This document shows, piece by piece, positions 54,306 to 63,979 of a stretch of 64,000 bases of DNA. The notes beneath the pieces were generated by a model. That model was not told the DNA's origin, ran no database searches, and saw only the letters and a program-made list of their open reading frames with translations. Origin of the DNA: an uncultured Actinomycetes bacterium (GTDB lineage Bacteria; Actinomycetota; Acidimicrobiia; IMCC26256; DASPTH01); NCBI GenBank assembly GCA_963841415.1, contig CAWJCN010000001.1, positions 1,379,334 to 1,443,333 of the forward strand, given 5' to 3'. Position numbers and translations under genes: made by a program. How positions within the stretch are numbered: the stretch's first letter is position 1; each line of letters starts with the position of its first letter.

Positions 54306-55634
54306 TCAGCCGCCGACCGCGAGCTGCACGCTCTGGCGGTTCGACGCCGTGCAGTCGAAGGTGCCCGCCTTCTTCGGGTAGTCGCGGACGTACTTCTTGC
54401 CGTCGAAGGTGAGGATCATGAAGCACGGCGAGCTCGCCCTGGCGCCGGGATCCATCTTCCCCCACATGCCACCGGCGTCGAACGAGTGCGTGTTCTTCAG
54501 CGCGTCGAGCAGGTTGGCGCGGGTGAGGCCGTTGACGCCCTGATCCTTGATCACCTGGTTGGCCGCCTGCTGGAACAGCAGGGTCGACACCCAGCCCCAC
54601 ACCGCGAATCCGTTGATCTTGTCCTTGCCGACGTACTTCACGAACGCAGCGAGCGTCTTGTTGGCCTTGGTCTCGAAGAAGGGCAGGAAGTTCATGACGA
54701 TGTGGGTGTTCGCCATGACGTCGCCGGCGGCCTCCGTCTTCTTGTCGTAGCACTGGATCTGGCACGTCCACACGATCTTCGGGTCGGTCAGTCCCTGGAG
54801 CTGTGCCTCCTGGCGCATGGTGATGACGTTGTCGACCGGCGCGCCGGTGAGGTTGTAGTTGTCACCGTCGGCCTTCATCTGCTGGATGACCGGCGTGTAC
54901 GCGCTCTGCGGGTCGGCGCTGGCCTTGGGGATGGTGTCGGTGATGTCGATCCCGGCCTTCTCGGCGAGGAGCCCGAGCACCGCGGTCGTATGCGCGGTTG
55001 CCGCGGAGTCGCCGCTGACGATGATCGGGCCCTTCAACTTCGGTCCGTACTTCTTCACGTAGTACTTCGAGTCGCCGGTCTGCCCGGTGAACGTCTGCGG
55101 GTCGTCGTTGACCGTGCTGCAGTCGAGCAGGCTGCCGTTGGGCGCGTACGTCACCGGCGCGCACGCCTCCTTGGAGCTCGTGGAGGTCGACGGCAAATCG
55201 GGCAGACCGGTCGCTTGGCCCGCTTTGTCCCTGCAGTTGAGCACGTCGTCGAAGCTCGGGAGCAGGAACGTCGCGTTCCCGACCATCGCCAGGTCGTTCT
55301 CACACGCCTTGATGAAGCCATTGCGCGCTTCGTTGGGGTTGAGCTTCGAGTCGTAGAAGTCGAGCACGACCTTGCGCCCGCCGATCCCGCCGTTGGCGTT
55401 GATGTACTTCACCGCCCCGGTTGCGCCGTCGACGCCCCCCTGGAAGAGGCCGGGAGCCAGCGAGTTGTCGACGTCGGCGACGATCGCGACGTGGACGGTC
55501 TTGGCGTCGACGCCGATCTCGGAGGCCGTCGGCTTGTCGTCGGCGGCACCGCCGATCGCGGGGAAGACCCCGATCGTGGCAGCGAGCGTCGCCAGCGCAA
55601 CGAGCACGCGGGCGGTCGGAGTGTTCGGTCGCAC
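54306..55634 (-). CDS. ABC-type substrate-binding protein (type I PBP), orphan paralogue of 8959..10302
   Basis: Signal peptide present. It shares blocks APGLFQG.VDG, GRKV..DFYDSKLN.NE.RN, CEND.A.VG and GVNGLTR.NL with the other SBP. GTG start at 55634. Confidence 0.85.
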   Translation of the reverse strand: MRPNTPTARVLVALATLAATIGVFPAIGGAADDKPTASEIGVDAKTVHVAIVADVDNSLAPGLFQGGVDGATGAVKYINANGGIGGRKVVLDFYDSKLNPNEARNGFIKACENDLAMVGNATFLLPSFDDVLNCRDKAGQATGLPDLPSTSTSSKEACAPVTYAPNGSLLDCSTVNDDPQTFTGQTGDSKYYVKKYGPKLKGPIIVSGDSAATAHTTAVLGLLAEKAGIDITDTIPKASADPQSAYTPVIQQMKADGDNYNLTGAPVDNVITMRQEAQLQGLTDPKIVWTCQIQCYDKKTEAAGDVMANTHIVMNFLPFFETKANKTLAAFVKYVGKDKINGFAVWGWVSTLLFQQAANQVIKDQGVNGLTRANLLDALKNTHSFDAGGMWGKMDPGARASSPCFMILTFDGKKYVRDYPKKAGTFDCTASNRQSVQLAVGG

Positions 55635-55645
55635 GGTCCCCCCAG

Positions 55646-55687
55646 AGATGTCAGATGTCTGACGTTTCGGCGGTCAAGATGTCAGAT
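55646..55687. promoter_or_regulatory. repeated AGATGTCAGAT motif plus palindrome in a divergent promoter gap
   Basis: AGATGTCAGAT occurs at 55646-55656 and 55677-55687. GTCAGA-TG-TCTGAC forms an inverted repeat at 55650-55663. The stretch is AT-richer than its surroundings. Confidence 0.45.
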
Positions 55688-55740
55688 ATTTCGCCGGGAG
55701 TCAACGCGGGCCGAAACCGACCGCCGGTAGGGTCCCGGCC

Positions 55741-56476
55741 ATGGGCCTCGAGGGCAAGGTCGCGGTGGTCACTGGTGCGTCGCAGGGCATCGGCGCCGCC
55801 ATGGCCCGGGTCCTCCACGAAGCAGGGATGCGCGTCGCGCTGCTCGCCCGGTCGGAAGACAAGTTGGCCGCGCTCGCCGCCGACCTCGGCGACGGCTCCC
55901 TTTCCGTGCCGTGCGACGTCGGCGATCCCGACTCGGTGCGGCACGCGTTCGCCGCCGTCGCCCGGCACTTCGGGCGAGTCGACGCCCTGGTGAACAACGC
56001 CGGGATCATCGGGATGTCGCTCCTCGCCGAGGCTGACGACGACCACATCACGTCGACGGTCGCCGCGAACCTGCTCGGCCCGATGTACTGCAGCCGCGCC
56101 GTCATCCCGCTGATGGTGTCGGCCGGAGGCGGCGACATCGTGAACGTCTCCTCGCGCGCGGTCGAGCTGGCGCGGCCGTACCTGTCGGTGTACTCGGCGA
56201 CCAAGGGCGGGCTGGAGACCTTCACCCGCACGTTGGCCGCGGAGCTCCGGCCGCACGGCATCCGCGTCAGCGCCGTCCGCGTCGGGCCGACGGCATCCGA
56301 GCCGGTCCCCGCCGGCAACACCGCGGTGTCGACGCGTGACCGAGGAGTGGGTTGCCCGCGGTGGCCCCGCCCCCGAAGCGCCGGCACCGGTCGAGAGCGT
56401 GGCCGAGGCCGTGCTGTTCATCGTCTCGCGGCCGCGCTCGTGGCGCGTGCCGACGCTGGTGGTCGACCCCGCCTAG
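55741..56476 (+). pseudogene. SDR family oxidoreductase, C-terminal frameshift as assembled
   Basis: VAVVTGASQGIG, NNAG and YSATKGGL lie in the frame of ORF 55741. The natural-looking C-terminus TEEWVARGGPAPEAPAPVESVAEAVLFIVSRPRSWRVPTLVVDPA-TAG (56474-56476) is in another frame. The switch is near 56325-56340. Confidence 0.75.
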
Positions 56477-56498
56477 CGAACCCAGCGAACGCGCGATC

Positions 56499-56815
56499 TC
56501 AGCCGAACTGGATGAGCTCGAACGGGACGCCGCCCGCGGTCACCTCGGCGATCGTGGCGCCGAGCTCCCCCGCGCCGGTCACCGTCAGCGGACCCCTCGT
56601 GGCGAAGCCGGCCGCGACCGCGGCATCGGCGGCCGACACGACATCGCGGTTCGCCACCGCGAGCATGTGCACGCCGGGCGCGACCGCGCCCCGGAGCGGC
56701 TCCGGGATCTCGACCACCTCGAGCCTCCGTCACGGAATGTCACGACCTTCGCTTCGAGCTCGACTTCGAACCGGGCCGGCGCGAGATCTGACGCGCCGAC
56801 TTCTGGTTCGAGCAC
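56499..56815 (-). pseudogene. small VOC/glyoxalase-like protein, apparently frameshifted
   Basis: VLEPEVGASDLAPARFEVELEAKVVTFRDGG (frame of ORF 56585..56815) continues as LEVVEIPEPLRGAVAPGVHMLAVANRDVV...VPFELIQFG (frame of ORF 56499..56717). The switch is near 56718-56725. The family call is weak. Confidence 0.4.
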
Positions 56816-56834
56816 CCCGACGAAGGCGGGTCGC

Positions 56835-57650
56835 TCAGGCGTCGCGTCGCTCGATGGCCAGCACCGCGAACGCGAGCACCACGCCCACCGTCACGAGGAG
56901 CACGACCAGGCCGCCGCCCGGTGACAGGAGATCGGAATTGGGGCGGACGGTGAACAGCGCGCGGCCCGCGTTGATCGGCAGCAGCTTGCCGACGTCGGTG
57001 TTCCAGGGCGACGGCAGCGCCTCGACCAGCGCCGGGGCCACCAGCACCAGCCCGAACAACGTGGCGATGGCGCCCGCGGTGCGGCGGAGCAAGGTGCCGA
57101 GCCCGAGGGCGAGCAGACCGATCAGTGTGAGGTAGACGCCCGCACCCACCACCGCGCGCAGCACACCCGGATCCGACAGGGACGCGTCGACGTGCTTGGA
57201 CGCCAGCACGCTCTGCCCGGCGAAGAACGCGGCGAACGCCGCGATCTCGGCGACGACGAACGCCACGAGCGTGAAGACCGCCGCCTTCGCCAGCAACACC
57301 GTCGGGCGGCGCGGCACCGCGGTGAGCGTCGTGCGGATCATGCCGGTGGTGTACTCGGAGCTGATGATCAGCACGCCGAGGACGCCGATCGCGAGCTGGG
57401 CGAGGAAGACGCCGCGGAGGCTCACCGCGGTGGGGTCGATCGACAACCGCTCGCGGAGCGTCAGCTGATCCCAGCGGCTGACCCGGGCGACGCTGAGCAG
57501 CGTGCCGACGCCGACGGTGGCGACGACCATGGCGAGGAGCGTCCACACGGTGGACCGCACCGTCCGCAACTTGGTCGTCTCCGACCGCAGCACCGCGGGG
57601 AGCGCGCTCCCCGTCGGGGCACGGGTGGTGTCGACGCTGGTCGCGCTCAT
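56835..57650 (-). CDS. ABC-2 type transporter permease
   Basis: 271 aa with six hydrophobic segments and SEYTTGMIRTTL, a motif typical of ABC-2 permeases. It overlaps the ATPase stop by 4 nt. Confidence 0.85.
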   Translation of the reverse strand: MSATSVDTTRAPTGSALPAVLRSETTKLRTVRSTVWTLLAMVVATVGVGTLLSVARVSRWDQLTLRERLSIDPTAVSLRGVFLAQLAIGVLGVLIISSEYTTGMIRTTLTAVPRRPTVLLAKAAVFTLVAFVVAEIAAFAAFFAGQSVLASKHVDASLSDPGVLRAVVGAGVYLTLIGLLALGLGTLLRRTAGAIATLFGLVLVAPALVEALPSPWNTDVGKLLPINAGRALFTVRPNSDLLSPGGGLVVLLVTVGVVLAFAVLAIERRDA

Positions 57651-58574
57651 CGCACACTCCCGGTCGCGGCGACCTCGCCGTGGAAGTCGACGCTGTCGTT
57701 GGTGAGCTCGAAGAACGTCTCCTCGAGCGATGCCCGCTCCGTCACAAGCTCGTGCAGCACGACACCGTTGCGGGCGGCCAGCTCGCCGACCGCCTCGGCG
57801 GTGAACTCGCTGACGGTCAACGCGTCGTCACCGTCGTGCTCGACGACGCGCCCGCCGGCGTCGACGATGAGCGACGCGAGCCGCGCCGCGTCGGGCGACC
57901 GAACCGTGACCCGTGCCGCCCCGCGCACGAGCAGGTCGCGCATCGGCGCGTCGGCGATGAGCCGGCCACGACCGATCACGATCACGTGATCGGCGGTGAG
58001 CGACATCTCGCTCATCAGGTGGCTCGACACGAAGACGGTCCGGCCCTCGTTGGCGAGCGACCGGAACAGCGTGCGGATCCAGACGATGCCCTCGGGGTCG
58101 AGCCCGTTGACCGGCTCGTCGAACATCAACACGCCCGGATCGCCGAGCAGCGCCGCCGCGATCCCGAGCCGTTGCCGCATCCCGAGCGAGAAGGTCCCGA
58201 TCGCGCTGGCCGGCGACGTCGCTCAGCCCGACGATGTCGAGAACCTCGTCGACTCGCCCGCGTGGGATCCGATTCGACTGCGCCAGGCACCAGAGGTGGT
58301 CGCGGGCCCGGCGGCCCGGGTGCACGTCGCCCGCATCGAGGAGCGCGCCCACGTCGTGGAGGGGATACCGGTGGTCCCCGTAGGCGATGCCGCCGACGGT
58401 CACGGTGCCCGCGGTCGGACGGTCGAGTCCGAGGATCAGGCGCATGGTCGTCGACTTGCCAGCTCCGTTGGGACCGAGGAAGCCGGTGACCCGGCCCGGC
58501 TGCACGCTGAAGGAGAGGTCGTCGACCGCGAGGGCGGTCGGATAGCGCTTCGTGAGTCCGTGGGCGTCGATCAC
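57647..58574 (-). pseudogene. ABC transporter ATP-binding protein, frameshifted as assembled
   Basis: Walker A GPNGAGKST is in the frame of ORF 57828..58967. The signature and Walker B SLGMRQRLGIAAALLGDPGVLMFDEP are in the frame of ORF 57647..58180. The switch is near 58198-58210, in a CGCG context. Confidence 0.8.
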
Positions 58575-58653
58575 CCGACGCACCCTACGGACGGAATGTG
58601 AGGCCGGTGTGAAGCGAAGCTGAGAATCCCGCCGCCTCAAGCGCGCGCGGTCG

Positions 58654-59031
58654 TCAGCGGGCTGCGACCTGGAACGCAGCCGCCCGGGCTTCGGACCGCG
58701 CGAAACGCCACCCATCGATCGTGACGACATCGCCCGTGGCGTAGTCGTCGCTCGTGCTCGCGGCGACGACCGACCAGACCACCGCGCCGGAACCGTCGAC
58801 CGCCCCTTGCGGGAGCAACGGGCCCAACGTGGCGCGGGTCGACTCGCCCGGTGTGAGCTCCACGTAGCGGCGTCCGATCTCGGCCACCGAGCCGCGCCGC
58901 GGCACTCGCGCCGCGACCGATCGCGGCACGGCCGCGGAGGCGCCACGGAACGCGAAGACACGCGCAACGCCGGTTGCCAGCACCCCCGTGCCGGCGAGGC
59001 GCAGGATCTCGCGGCGGCTGACGCGGCGCAT
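58654..59031 (-). CDS. small TAT-signal protein, probable partner subunit of the GMC oxidoreductase
   Basis: MRRVSRREILRLAGTGVLATG is a twin-arginine signal. The ATG shares one base with the GMC stop (TGATG at 59029-59033). Confidence 0.7.
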   Translation of the reverse strand: MRRVSRREILRLAGTGVLATGVARVFAFRGASAAVPRSVAARVPRRGSVAEIGRRYVELTPGESTRATLGPLLPQGAVDGSGAVVWSVVAASTSDDYATGDVVTIDGWRFARSEARAAAFQVAAR

Positions 59032-60635
59032 CAGGCGAGCACCTCCCGCTGGAGATGGTCGGCCATGCGCAACGCGAGCGCGACGATGGTGAAGGTCGGG
59101 GTCGACGTGCCCGACGTGGGGAAGACGGCGCTGCCACCGATGTAGAGGTTCGTCAGCCCATGCACGCGGCACTGCTCGTCGACGACGCCTTTCGTCGGAT
59201 CGCTGTGCATGCGAGCGGTCCCCATGTGGTGGAACCCGACGCCGACGGGAAAGTCCATCGAGTCGAAGTCTTCGGGAACGACGCGGTACGTCTCGAAGTA
59301 CCGAGGGTCGCCCTTGCCGGCCACGAACGACACCCCACCGACCGCAACCTGGAGCCGCCCGACGCCGACCCGTCCGAGCTCGTCGGCGACGATCTGGAGT
59401 GCGTGCCGCATGCTCTCGCGGTCGTTGCTCGTCAGCCGCCAGTCGAGCTCGATGCGTGGCATTCCGAGCTGATCCTTGGCTCGCCCCAATGTGACCCGGC
59501 TCTCGGGATTCGGTGTCTGCTCGCCGAGGATGCGCACGTAGGCGACGGTGGGCCAGGCGGTGCCGGTGAGCTTCCGCGACAGTGCGACGACATCGAGATC
59601 GTTGACGCCGCGCGACTGGTCGGATTCGCTGTGGTCGCCGACAGCTGTCGCCGCGATCGTGACCTCGACGCCGAGCAGCCCCTCTCGCTTCAGCACGTCC
59701 TCGTTGAGGATGTGCGCTCCCTTCACCCCGTACTTCCGCCCCGGGATGCGACCCTCCGGGACCGGAAGTTCGAAACCCTTGTAGAGCGACAGCGCCTCCA
59801 CCGGCTTCGCCAGCACCGCGAACCCTGCGTGCACGTCGATGTGCTCCATGAAGCTGCGGCCGACGAGATCGTGCTCGTTGCCGATGCCCGCGGCGCGAGT
59901 CGAGTTGGAGGCGAGCAGGAGCCGCGGAACCTCGATTCCTCCCGTGGCGAGGATGTACGCCCGGGCCTTGACCTTCCAGTGCTTCCCTGCGAGGGTCGCC
60001 ACGTCGACGTCGGTGACCGAGGCGCCCGATTCGTCGGTGTTGATCTCGAGCACGTTCGAGTGCAGCAGGGTCCGGACGTTCGGTGCTTGGCGCAGCTCGT
60101 CGCGGTACACGTCTCCGAAGCTGAGCGGGAACGCGATCTGGATCATGCGCGTGGCGACTGCGTCGGTCTCGAGCAGGGGCGGGGCGGCGCCCTGTCCGGC
60201 CCAGTACGGGTACTCGGGTTCGAACGGCCCGATCTGCACGACGCTGACGGCCTGCTCGTACCACGGGTCGAGCGTCGTCCGATCGAAGGGCCAGCCGCTG
60301 TCGGGTCGAGCAGGTGTGGGCGCGAAGTCGACCGGCTCGAGCGGACGACACCACCCGGCCCAGTGGTTGGTCGTGCCGCCGAAGTACCGGAGGCGCACGA
60401 CGTCCAGCGGGAGCTCGCCGTTCCCGCCGAGGAACGGCTCGCCGGTCACCTTGCCCTCGTACAACGCCTGCGTCGCCGCGTCGGGCTCGAGGCCGCCGCT
60501 CTCGAGCATGATCACGGAGAGCGACGAACCGGCCAGCGCGCGCGCGATCGTGATTCCGGCGGCGCCGGCGCCGATGATGCACAGATCGGCCTGCAACACC
60601 GAGCCGCGCGGCACCTTTCGGCCGTCTTCGAGCAT
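59031..60635 (-). CDS. GMC family FAD-dependent oxidoreductase
   Basis: DLCIIGAGAAGITIA FAD motif, FGGTTNHWAGW, and C-terminal HHMGTARM...LYIGGSAVFPT. Confidence 0.9.
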   Translation of the reverse strand: MLEDGRKVPRGSVLQADLCIIGAGAAGITIARALAGSSLSVIMLESGGLEPDAATQALYEGKVTGEPFLGGNGELPLDVVRLRYFGGTTNHWAGWCRPLEPVDFAPTPARPDSGWPFDRTTLDPWYEQAVSVVQIGPFEPEYPYWAGQGAAPPLLETDAVATRMIQIAFPLSFGDVYRDELRQAPNVRTLLHSNVLEINTDESGASVTDVDVATLAGKHWKVKARAYILATGGIEVPRLLLASNSTRAAGIGNEHDLVGRSFMEHIDVHAGFAVLAKPVEALSLYKGFELPVPEGRIPGRKYGVKGAHILNEDVLKREGLLGVEVTIAATAVGDHSESDQSRGVNDLDVVALSRKLTGTAWPTVAYVRILGEQTPNPESRVTLGRAKDQLGMPRIELDWRLTSNDRESMRHALQIVADELGRVGVGRLQVAVGGVSFVAGKGDPRYFETYRVVPEDFDSMDFPVGVGFHHMGTARMHSDPTKGVVDEQCRVHGLTNLYIGGSAVFPTSGTSTPTFTIVALALRMADHLQREVLA

Positions 60636-60936
60636 CAGGAGTTCTTACCAGACGGCTTGTCGTTGCAACGCGCGGCGTGCGCCGCGTTCGGCCCGGACAA
60701 CTCGGACGCCCGCGCCGCAATGGCGCTCGGTACCCGTGTCTCGTCAACTTGACGGGTTCGCTGTTTGCGGGTGCGTACCAGGCGGCGTCGGATCCCCCAA
60801 CGTGGCGCTCGTCGTACCGCCATCCGGGTAGCCGCCCCACACGAAAGGCCGCGGCCGGTCAAGACACGGGCCGTGTCCACTCCGGGGGCGATCGCCGGGT
60901 CAGGGCCCCTTGCGCGGCGTCCTACGATCATGAGGC

Positions 60937-61476
60937 ATGGCAGGCCTTCCGGAGGGTCCGACGCCCGACGAGAGCAGTGCGTCCGAGACTGTGGCTGCCG
61001 ATCGCCCCGGCGACGGCAGCTTCACCTGGTCGGCGGCGATGGCAGTCGAAGACGAAGTCGGCAAGGCGGGTGCCATCGCGCCGGAGCGCGACGAGCGCGT
61101 CGTGATCGAGGAGGTGGTCGGCGAGAGCTGCCAGCTTGACCTCGCCGCCCAAGAACTCGCCGAGACCAATGGCGATTCGCCGACTGCGCCTCCGGACGAC
61201 CAGATGGTCGCGCCGTCGTCCGATCGCGCGGTCGAGCTCGAGAGCGAGCATTGGCGCGAGCGCGCGATCGTGTGGCGCGAGCGGGCCATGGCCGCGGAGC
61301 TCGTGGCGAAGATGCTCCAGCGGAACCTCGATGACCTCCGCGCCAACCTCGAAGATCTCCGCCCGAAGGTGGAAGCCGCCACGCCTGGTGACGCGGAGCG
61401 CAGTGCGGCGATCGCGTCATCGGCGAACCCGTGGCGACGCTTCGTGCGCGACATCTACGACAAGTACATCGGCTAG
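60937..61476 (+). CDS. hypothetical acidic protein with C-terminal coiled-coil-like region
   Basis: The ORF has GC3 bias. No family is recognised. The C-terminus reads EHWRERAIVWRERAMAAELVAKMLQRNLDDLRANLEDLR. Confidence 0.5.
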   Translation: MAGLPEGPTPDESSASETVAADRPGDGSFTWSAAMAVEDEVGKAGAIAPERDERVVIEEVVGESCQLDLAAQELAETNGDSPTAPPDDQMVAPSSDRAVELESEHWRERAIVWRERAMAAELVAKMLQRNLDDLRANLEDLRPKVEAATPGDAERSAAIASSANPWRRFVRDIYDKYIG

Positions 61477-61481
61477 CGCCC

Positions 61482-61748
61482 GTGGGGAAGAAGGCAAGAG
61501 CGCAGAAGCAGTCGCGCAAGCGGCACCTCGCCGAGCAGATGGTCGCCGAGCAACAGCGAACGGCCGAGGTGCTCCAGTCGCTGTCGACGGCAGTCGGCGA
61601 GCTGGCGCCGTCGTCCGGCGATCGGCTGCTCGACGAGATCCGCAGGTTGCTCGACGACGTGCTCGTCGCGCAGCACCGCACGAACCACCTCCTCGAGCTC
61701 GCACTGCGCGCTGGATTCGACGACGAGGAGCAGGCCCGGAAGACATAG
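61482..61748 (+). CDS. hypothetical small helical protein with basic N-terminus
   Basis: GTG lies 5 nt after the preceding stop. The protein reads VGKKARAQKQSRKRHLAEQMVAEQQRTAEVLQSL... No family recognised. Confidence 0.4.
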   Translation: MGKKARAQKQSRKRHLAEQMVAEQQRTAEVLQSLSTAVGELAPSSGDRLLDEIRRLLDDVLVAQHRTNHLLELALRAGFDDEEQARKT

Positions 61749-61841
61749 CGGTGCCGCGGCCGACTCGCGGCCCGGCGCCGTCGTGCTGCCGTTCCCGCAC
61801 GCGAGCAGCGGCCCCGAAGGGCCGCCGACCAGCGAAGATCC

Positions 61842-61917
61842 TGGAGCGGACGACGGGATTCGAACCCGCGACCCTCACCTTGGCAAGGTGATGCTCTACC
61901 AGCTGAGCCACGTCCGC
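61842..61917 (-). tRNA. tRNA-Gly: tRNA-Gly (anticodon GCC), CCA encoded
   Basis: Hand-folded cloverleaf: acceptor GCGGACG/CGTCCGC, D stem GCTC/GAGC, anticodon stem TCACC/GGTGA with loop TTGCCAA, T arm GCGGG-TTCGAAT-CCCGT, and 3' TCCA. Confidence 0.93.
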
Positions 61918-62008
61918 GCTGGGCAACGAGGATAGCGCAGGGAGACGCAGCAGAGCCGTGCCCGGAGCGGGCTGGACGGCGGCGCGGAGTCGACCCGTCG
62001 AGGAGCCC

Positions 62009-62953
62009 TCAGGTCCCGGCGAGCCGTGCGACGACGGGTGCGAACTGCTCGTACTTGTCGTCGCCGAACACCACGTAGGAGACAGCCCACTGCTCCCGGC
62101 GGGCGACGAGTGTGTCGCACACCTCGTCGACGGAACCGGCGAGCACCGCCCCCGACGACAGCGCCGCGTCGGCCGGCACGCCGAAACCCGGCGCCACCGC
62201 CTCGGCCAGCCCCTGCGCATCGTCGGTGATGGCAGCGACGAAGTAGCGGATCTGCAACTCGAGGTCGTCGAACCGCTCCCCCGCGGCCTGGCGCACCCAT
62301 CCGATCTTGCGAGCGGTCGAATCTCCGAGCGTGTCGCGCGCGGCATCGGCGCCGATCACACCCGCACGGAGGATCGGGTTGACGCCGACGATGTCGGCTT
62401 CGCGGCCGGCGAGGGTCAGCAGCTTCTGTCCACCACCGCCGACGAGGATCGGCGGTCGCGGTCGTTGCACCGGCACGGGAAGACCGTCGTACGCGGTGAT
62501 CGTGTAGTGCTTCCCCGCGAAGTCGAACGGAGCGCCACCCCACGCGCCCTTCACCACCGCGAGCGCCTCTTCGAGGCGATCGATGCGGGTGCCGGGGCGG
62601 TCGTAGGTCAAGCCGAGCGCCTCGTAGTCGGCCGTCATCCAGCCCGCACCGAGCCCGAACTCCAGCCGGCCGTCGGACAGCACGTCGAGCGTCGCCGCCT
62701 CTTTGGCGACGACGGCGGGATGCTTGTAGTCGTTCCCGAGCACGAGCATCCCGATGCGCAGAGTCGTGGTGGCCGCGGCCGCGAACGAGAGCGCGACCAT
62801 CGGCGCCAGTGCGGTTTCGACGAAGTGGTCGGGCATGAACAGCGACGAGTAGCCGAGATCCTCGATCTTGCGCGCCTGTTCGGTCCACTCTCCGGCCGTG
62901 CGCACGGTCGACGCCTGTACGCCGAAGCGAAACGCCTTCGCCATCTTCGTCAC
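62009..62953 (-). CDS. LLM-class (luciferase-like) F420-dependent oxidoreductase
   Basis: FRFGVQAS...LGYSSLFMPDHF...LRIGMLVLGNDYKHPAVVAKEAATLDVLSDGRLEFGLGAGW. Confidence 0.85.
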   Translation of the reverse strand: MTKMAKAFRFGVQASTVRTAGEWTEQARKIEDLGYSSLFMPDHFVETALAPMVALSFAAAATTTLRIGMLVLGNDYKHPAVVAKEAATLDVLSDGRLEFGLGAGWMTADYEALGLTYDRPGTRIDRLEEALAVVKGAWGGAPFDFAGKHYTITAYDGLPVPVQRPRPPILVGGGGQKLLTLAGREADIVGVNPILRAGVIGADAARDTLGDSTARKIGWVRQAAGERFDDLELQIRYFVAAITDDAQGLAEAVAPGFGVPADAALSSGAVLAGSVDEVCDTLVARREQWAVSYVVFGDDKYEQFAPVVARLAGT

Positions 62954-63384
62954 ACCCCCGTGGAGCCGAATCCGAACGTGTCCCGTTCGGTCACGTCGAG
63001 CACGTCGACTTCGTGCCAGGCCACCTGCTCGACCCGTTGGATCACCAGTTGCGCGATGCGATCTCCTCGTTCGACGGTGAATGCGTGCATCGGATCGGTG
63101 TTGACGAGGAGCACTTTGAGCTCGCCGCGATAGAGCGGGTCGATCAGGCCGGGCGTGTTGAGGCAGGTGACGCCGTGCTTCAGCGCGAGCCCGGAGCGCG
63201 GCAGCACGAAACCCGCGTACCCGGACGGGATCGCCACCGCGAGCCCGGTGGGCACGAGCGCACGGCCGCCGTCCGCCGCCAGCTCCACCTGCTCCCGGGC
63301 GTGGAGGTCGTAGCCGGCGTCGTCGGTGTGCTGCTGACGTGGGAGGGGCAGCTCGGGATCGAGCCGCTGGACGCGGATCTCCAC
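62950..63384 (-). CDS. dut: dUTP diphosphatase
   Basis: The five dUTPase motifs are AGYDL, PRSGLALKHG, GLIDPLYRGE, GDRIAQL and RDTFGFGSTG. Confidence 0.92.
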   Translation of the reverse strand: MEIRVQRLDPELPLPRQQHTDDAGYDLHAREQVELAADGGRALVPTGLAVAIPSGYAGFVLPRSGLALKHGVTCLNTPGLIDPLYRGELKVLLVNTDPMHAFTVERGDRIAQLVIQRVEQVAWHEVDVLDVTERDTFGFGSTGV

Positions 63385-63388
63385 GGGG

Positions 63389-63979
63389 TCAGTCGTCGAA
63401 GTCGGTCACGAGCTCGGCCCGCTGCGCGTCGGTGAGCTCGACCGCCACCTGGTACTCGGGATGGTCGACCACGAGCAGCGCGGGGCCTCTCGTCAGCAGC
63501 TCCCGCTGCTCGGCGTCGAACGCGAAGCGTAGGTAGTGGACGGTCGACGTGATGTCGTCGCGGGTGAGCCGCTCCTCGTCGCGCGGGACGCCCACCACCT
63601 TCGACGCGGCGTCACGCGGTCCGAGATCGAAGCGCACCGCGAACTCGATGTCGCGAAGCTTCGGCAACCACTCACGCAGCAGCGCGTCGTCGGTGAGCTC
63701 GATGAACAAGGTGCCCGACAGGTCACCCGGATCGGGGATCAGATCGTTGTAGGTCTCGACCTCGTCGGCGATGGCGTCGTCGGTGAGCATGCGCTCGGCC
63801 CGCGCCATCTCCTGCACCTGGAACCGCATCGTGTCGGTGTTCTCGAACACGATGGTCACGAAGTCGCCGAGCGCGATCCGGCGGCGCTTCTTCGTCGCGA
63901 TGATCTCGGCGCGGAAGTCGCCGCGCTCGCGCTCGTATGCACGGTGGTCGACGATGTCGTCGACGGTGAGCTTCCTCAC
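63389..63979 (-). CDS. DUF3501 family protein
   Basis: MRKLTVDDIVDHRAYERERGDFRAEIIATKKRRRIALGDFVTIVFENTDTMRFQVQEM matches my recollection of DUF3501. Confidence 0.75.
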   Translation of the reverse strand: MRKLTVDDIVDHRAYERERGDFRAEIIATKKRRRIALGDFVTIVFENTDTMRFQVQEMARAERMLTDDAIADEVETYNDLIPDPGDLSGTLFIELTDDALLREWLPKLRDIEFAVRFDLGPRDAASKVVGVPRDEERLTRDDITSTVHYLRFAFDAEQRELLTRGPALLVVDHPEYQVAVELTDAQRAELVTDFDD

